Part shown: positions 60,095 to 64,000 of the stretch, in pieces | How the letters are laid out: the number at the start of each line of letters is the position of its first letter | How positions within the stretch are numbered: the first letter of the stretch is position 1 | Source of the DNA: Octopus sinensis | Taxonomy: Eukaryota | Reading direction: 5' to 3' | Length of the DNA: 64,000 bases | Assembly (NCBI RefSeq): GCF_006345805.1 | Contig: NC_043005.1 | Location: forward strand, 17,422,001 to 17,486,000 | Program-made: the position numbers and the translations under genes | The notes under the pieces: model-generated | Databases searched by the model: none | What the model was told of the DNA's origin: nothing | The model's input: only the letters and a program-made list of their open reading frames with translations

Positions 60095-60311
60095 ATATAT
60101 ATTGGTAAAACGGTAAGATAACAAAAGAAAGAAAGAGACCTCAATATTATGTAAATAGAGGAAATTTATCTATAAATAATATGTTACATTACTCGATTGT
60201 CAAGATAAAACTCTGAGCCAGATAACCAAAGAGATGGCGTTGTGGATTCCCACTTCGGCATCTGAAACTCAGAGTTTTATCTTGACTATCGAGTAATGTA
60301 ACATATTATTT
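60095..60311. mobile_element. Fold-back PLE-type terminus containing a hammerhead-like motif (60220-60282, +)
   Basis: 44-bp arms 60174-60217 and 60268-60311 with one mismatch; AGATAA-CCAAAGA-GATG..CATC-T-GAAA-CTCAGAG-TT-TTATCT. Confidence 0.6.
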
Positions 60312-60336
60312 TATATATATATATATATATATACAT

Positions 60337-61925
60337 CCCATCAACATCAAAGCACCGGAGGACCTAAAACTAAGCCCATCGTGGCGTACCTCCTGTGAAA
60401 CACACCGCCTGAGTAACTTCCTAGACATCCTTTTGAAACCTTTCCTTACCCACATCAAAAGTTTCATTAGGGATGATCTGGACATGCTCAAACACCTCCC
60501 GAAAACAGCAGTTAACGAGGAGGCACTCCTGGTATCCTTTGATGTCATCAACCTCTACACCAACATTCCACACGAGTATGGTATAGAGGCAATTGACTTC
60601 TGGCTAGAAAAACACCCAGAGACATTCCCTGACCGCATTAACAAGTCTTTTATTACAGAATCTCTTAAGTTCATTCTGACAAACAATTTTTTTTTCTTCG
60701 ACGACAAACACTACCGTCAAAAATGTGGCATTGCGATGGGTACCAAGGCTGCACCAGTCCTTGCGAACCTCATAATGGGTTACTTCGAACTGTCACTCTA
60801 TGAAATATCAAGCCAGAAATTTGGACATGGTTTTCCACACCTACCTAATGGAAAACTGGAAAAGGTATTTAGATGATTGTTCATCATATGGAAATAACCT
60901 TATGAAAAACTCCTGGAATTCAAAACCATACTAAACAACATACATCCCAACATCCATTCACTATGGAATTAAGCAAACATCATCTCCCATTCCTTGATCT
61001 CCTAATTATAAAAACACCTAAGAACCAAATCATAACAGACATCTACCACAAACCTACAGACTCACAACAATACCTCCTCTTTAGTTCATGCCACCCAAAA
61101 CACACCAAGACAAATATCCCTTCAATTTAGCTAAAAGGGTATGCACCATTGTCTCGGATCCAAAAACACGAGAAATACGCCTTCAAGACCTCAAAAAAAC
61201 ACTATTACAACGTCAATATCCCTCCACCCTTATAGAGTATGGAATAAAACGCGCCAAAGAACTAGACAACACTACACTGAAAACCACCCAACCTAACACC
61301 ACACACAACCTCAAAATACTCCATACATTTCCACCCACACAACCAAAAAATATCGAAGCATACACCACAATCATACAAAACCTCAGTCTACTGTCAACAA
61401 CCCAAAAATGAAAAGCATTATAAATACACACAAAATCATCAAATGCAAAAGGCAACACAAATCTTTAAAAAAACTCTTGACAAATGCCAAACTTCACACA
61501 CCACATCCACCCCAACAGTAAAAAATGTGCACGCTCAAACTGTGGTACCTGCCCCTTTCTACTTGAAGGCTCTGAATTTACTTTCAAACAAGGTACGAAG
61601 TTTAAAATCAAGACTAACTTCTCCTGTTCCTCCGAGAACCTTATCTACGTTCTCACATGCGCTGGTTGCCAACATAATTATGTTGGACAAACGAGTCTCT
61701 CCCGTTACGTAAACGAGTAACGGTGCATAAAGAACAAATAAACCTTCCGGAATACCGACAAATTCCACTGAGTGACCACTTAGACTCATGTGCTAAAGAC
61801 TTAAACCCCAAATTCTATATATTCCCCTCTACCAATGTAAAGACGGATCACCACACAGGAGAGAATTAACAAGGAGAATCTCTTTATTGAAAACTTCCAA
61901 ACACAACTTAATATGCAAACTCCTC
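60337..61925 (+). pseudogene. PLE RT + GIY-YIG, frameshifted
   Basis: LVSFDVINLYTNIPH, YRQKCGIAMGTKAAPVLANL, YLDD (after frameshift), FLDL, YHKPTDS..YL.FSSCHP, KCARSNCGTC, NFSCSSENLIYVLTCAGCQHNYVGQT. Confidence 0.88.
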
Positions 61926-62556
61926 GTTGATCAAACTTCCTTTCTCTACCTCACTCTTCATGGATGGACTAACACAAATATAAAGATCCATGCATTCATC
62001 ACTTCAAGCTAAAACTTATATTCTTTAATATCATTTTTACTATTGTTGTTATTACTATCATTTTTATTATAAATGATATGACAATTTGAAATGCAATTGT
62101 CTATGCAGATTTATATTATTAGAAAATAATATAAATAAAGTGTTAAAATCTGAAAGTTAAGTTAACAAGCAATTATATAAAAAAGATAATGCAAATGAAG
62201 CTAAAATGATAGTTTTATAATTTGGGTTTTATTGAAGAACTCAAAGAGTTGTCTCCCCTTACCCACAACACAGGAACTGAAGAACCAGGACCACAATTAC
62301 TACTACTACTTCCTGTCCTGCAACATGCTGAATTTAACAACACAACACATCACATGCTCTTAATCCCTTGGATCTTAACACCTCAAGGTAATTTTTTGGT
62401 AAACAACCATAAAACTCAAGATACACAACGAACTCACAATGTATCGGAGAACTTATTTTTTAAATTTTGTACATTTTTATCATTATTCTTTTACAAAAAA
62501 CAATGCAATTTCTTTTTTCCATTTCTAATTTTTAAAATAACTTCTTAAAACATAAA

Positions 62557-62597
62557 TATTCTTGACAAGTCATACAATGACGAAAACCGGTTGAATA
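62557..62597 (+). ncRNA. Type I hammerhead, UUGACAA (U3-A8) core
   Basis: TATTC-TTGACAA-GTCA-TACAA-TGAC-GAAAA-CCGG-TT-GAATA; 5-bp helix I, 4-bp helix II, palindromic ACCGGT helix III, one extra A. Confidence 0.65.
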
Positions 62598-62765
62598 AAT
62601 ATATATTTATATATTTTATCATTTTCTCATTTTATTAAAATTTTCTTTCATTTGAGCATTCTGTTTTTTTTAAAAAATTTTTCCTTACTTATCATTTCTC
62701 CACGTGCGGTCAACACAACCCCACCATTTATTGATCTGTACCCTCTACCACACGTGTGATTCAGA

Positions 62766-63717
62766 ATGCCTCCGAAAAACAAGAGCACTCTTACAGAGAC
62801 AGTCACCAATAAGACCATTCTAAAAGAACTCAAAGTACTCAATACACATCTACTTACATTCTCCAAAAAAATTGACGAACTTCTCCTTCAATCCCGGGAC
62901 AACTCAGAAAACAACCATCATCAACAACTTTCGGATAAAATTGATGTAAACCTAAATGAAATCAACACTACACTGAAAACTCTACTTACCAATTCAACGC
63001 CGAAGAGACCTCAGACACCACTCAACACACAGAAGGAACACATTTCAACCCCAGCACAACGCATTAAAAACCAGATCATCACTACTTGGACTAAGAAACT
63101 ACACAACAGAAAACTTCTCTTCTGGAACATGCTCAAAAACCAAAACAAAGCTGAAATTTACGACAAATGGTTAAACTCCTCCCCTATCATACCCCCGAAA
63201 ATTCCAAATCAAACACATCCCAGACGAACCTGAAAAACAACGCTCCCTAAGAGAAAAACTAACATTGGCAAAAATGAAAACCGAAGTAGAACTTCTAAAA
63301 CTCAGAGCACAAAACCACGAACAAAAATACACAAAAATAGACGATGAGATACTTCTAGAACTAACCTCACACACCAACGAACAGCCCCTCGAACTTGTTA
63401 TTAAACTATGGAAAGATGAATGTGAAAAGGAAGAACGAACCTCCCTCAAACGCTGGGAAAACAACAAAGATTTCTTCCTCAACTATGAAACACAATTCAT
63501 ATTAAACCATAAATCCAAAAACCCATTCATAAAAGTACCCACAACACAGACTTCCACTGTACCCCATAAACACCATTCCAAACCGCACCTCAAATACACA
63601 TACTCTCCAAACCCCCTCCTAACAGGACACAACCTCCCCCAACCATATAAAAAACCTTTTCCCCCGAAACATCTCAAACAAGACCCACCACAAAACCTGG
63701 TTTTCCAATCACTCTAA
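62766..63717 (+). pseudogene. Putative N-terminal region of the PLE ORF (frameshifted near 63230)
   Basis: Two consecutive 150-aa ORFs with helical/coiled-coil character directly after the PLE 3' UTR; no diagnostic motif seen. Confidence 0.45.
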
Positions 63718-64000
63718 CACCCCTCCCCCACCGATTAGAACCTTCAAGAACCTCCCATACACTAGAAATTATCCCCCCCTCAAGGCTCCCCTCCTTCACA
63801 CTAATAACAAACAAGGCATCCTACCCACACCGATACATATAAGACCCACCCAACGAACCCCCTATAGTCCACCCATCCAACAACCACATTCCTACCACAT
63901 CTCCTACAGATCTCCAAACCCTCACATCCCACACGAACCCAATCACCACAACTACATACCCCCCTACATCCCCCCATACAATCTACCAGTCACACACCCA

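Larger units (their letters stand above)
60337..64000 (+). mobile_element. Penelope-like element (Neptune-like): RT, GIY-YIG, 3' UTR with hammerhead, then the probable 5' part of a tandem copy
   Basis: See the RT/EN remnant; new ORFs of similar A/C-rich composition start at 62766. Confidence 0.8.

Overview
Eukaryotic, AT-rich, almost entirely repeat-derived DNA. The repeat families look like octopus/cephalopod ones (inference from memory, not verified). I found no supportable host protein-coding exon, rRNA, true tRNA or CRISPR. Most ORF-track entries are microsatellite artefacts. Contents: (1) a near full-length, frameshifted CR1/L2-group LINE on the minus strand (11521-16527) with an unusual Myb/trihelix-like ORF1, plus a young 5'-truncated CR1-like LINE with an open RT frame (7395-8848); (2) at least four Penelope-like element (PLE) remnants with RT and/or GIY-YIG domains, plus many solo PLE-type termini; (3) dozens of tRNA-derived SINEs of about four families, one forming 184-bp head-to-tail arrays; (4) non-autonomous Helitrons, a Helentron-like element, pogo/Tigger-like ends, a solo LTR, Tx1/RTE/R4-like fragments, a 203-bp tandem repeat and very long microsatellites. 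The main hidden signal is RNA structure. Reading both strands by eye gives about 16 type I hammerhead-ribozyme-like folds in roughly ten different repeat families, with compensatory base changes. They include non-canonical cores (CUGUNGA, CCGANGA, UUGANAA, and a GAAA-to-GA contraction), 55-85 nt extended helix II forms, and one carried on a tRNA-headed SINE-like element. All folds were derived manually, and activity is untested.
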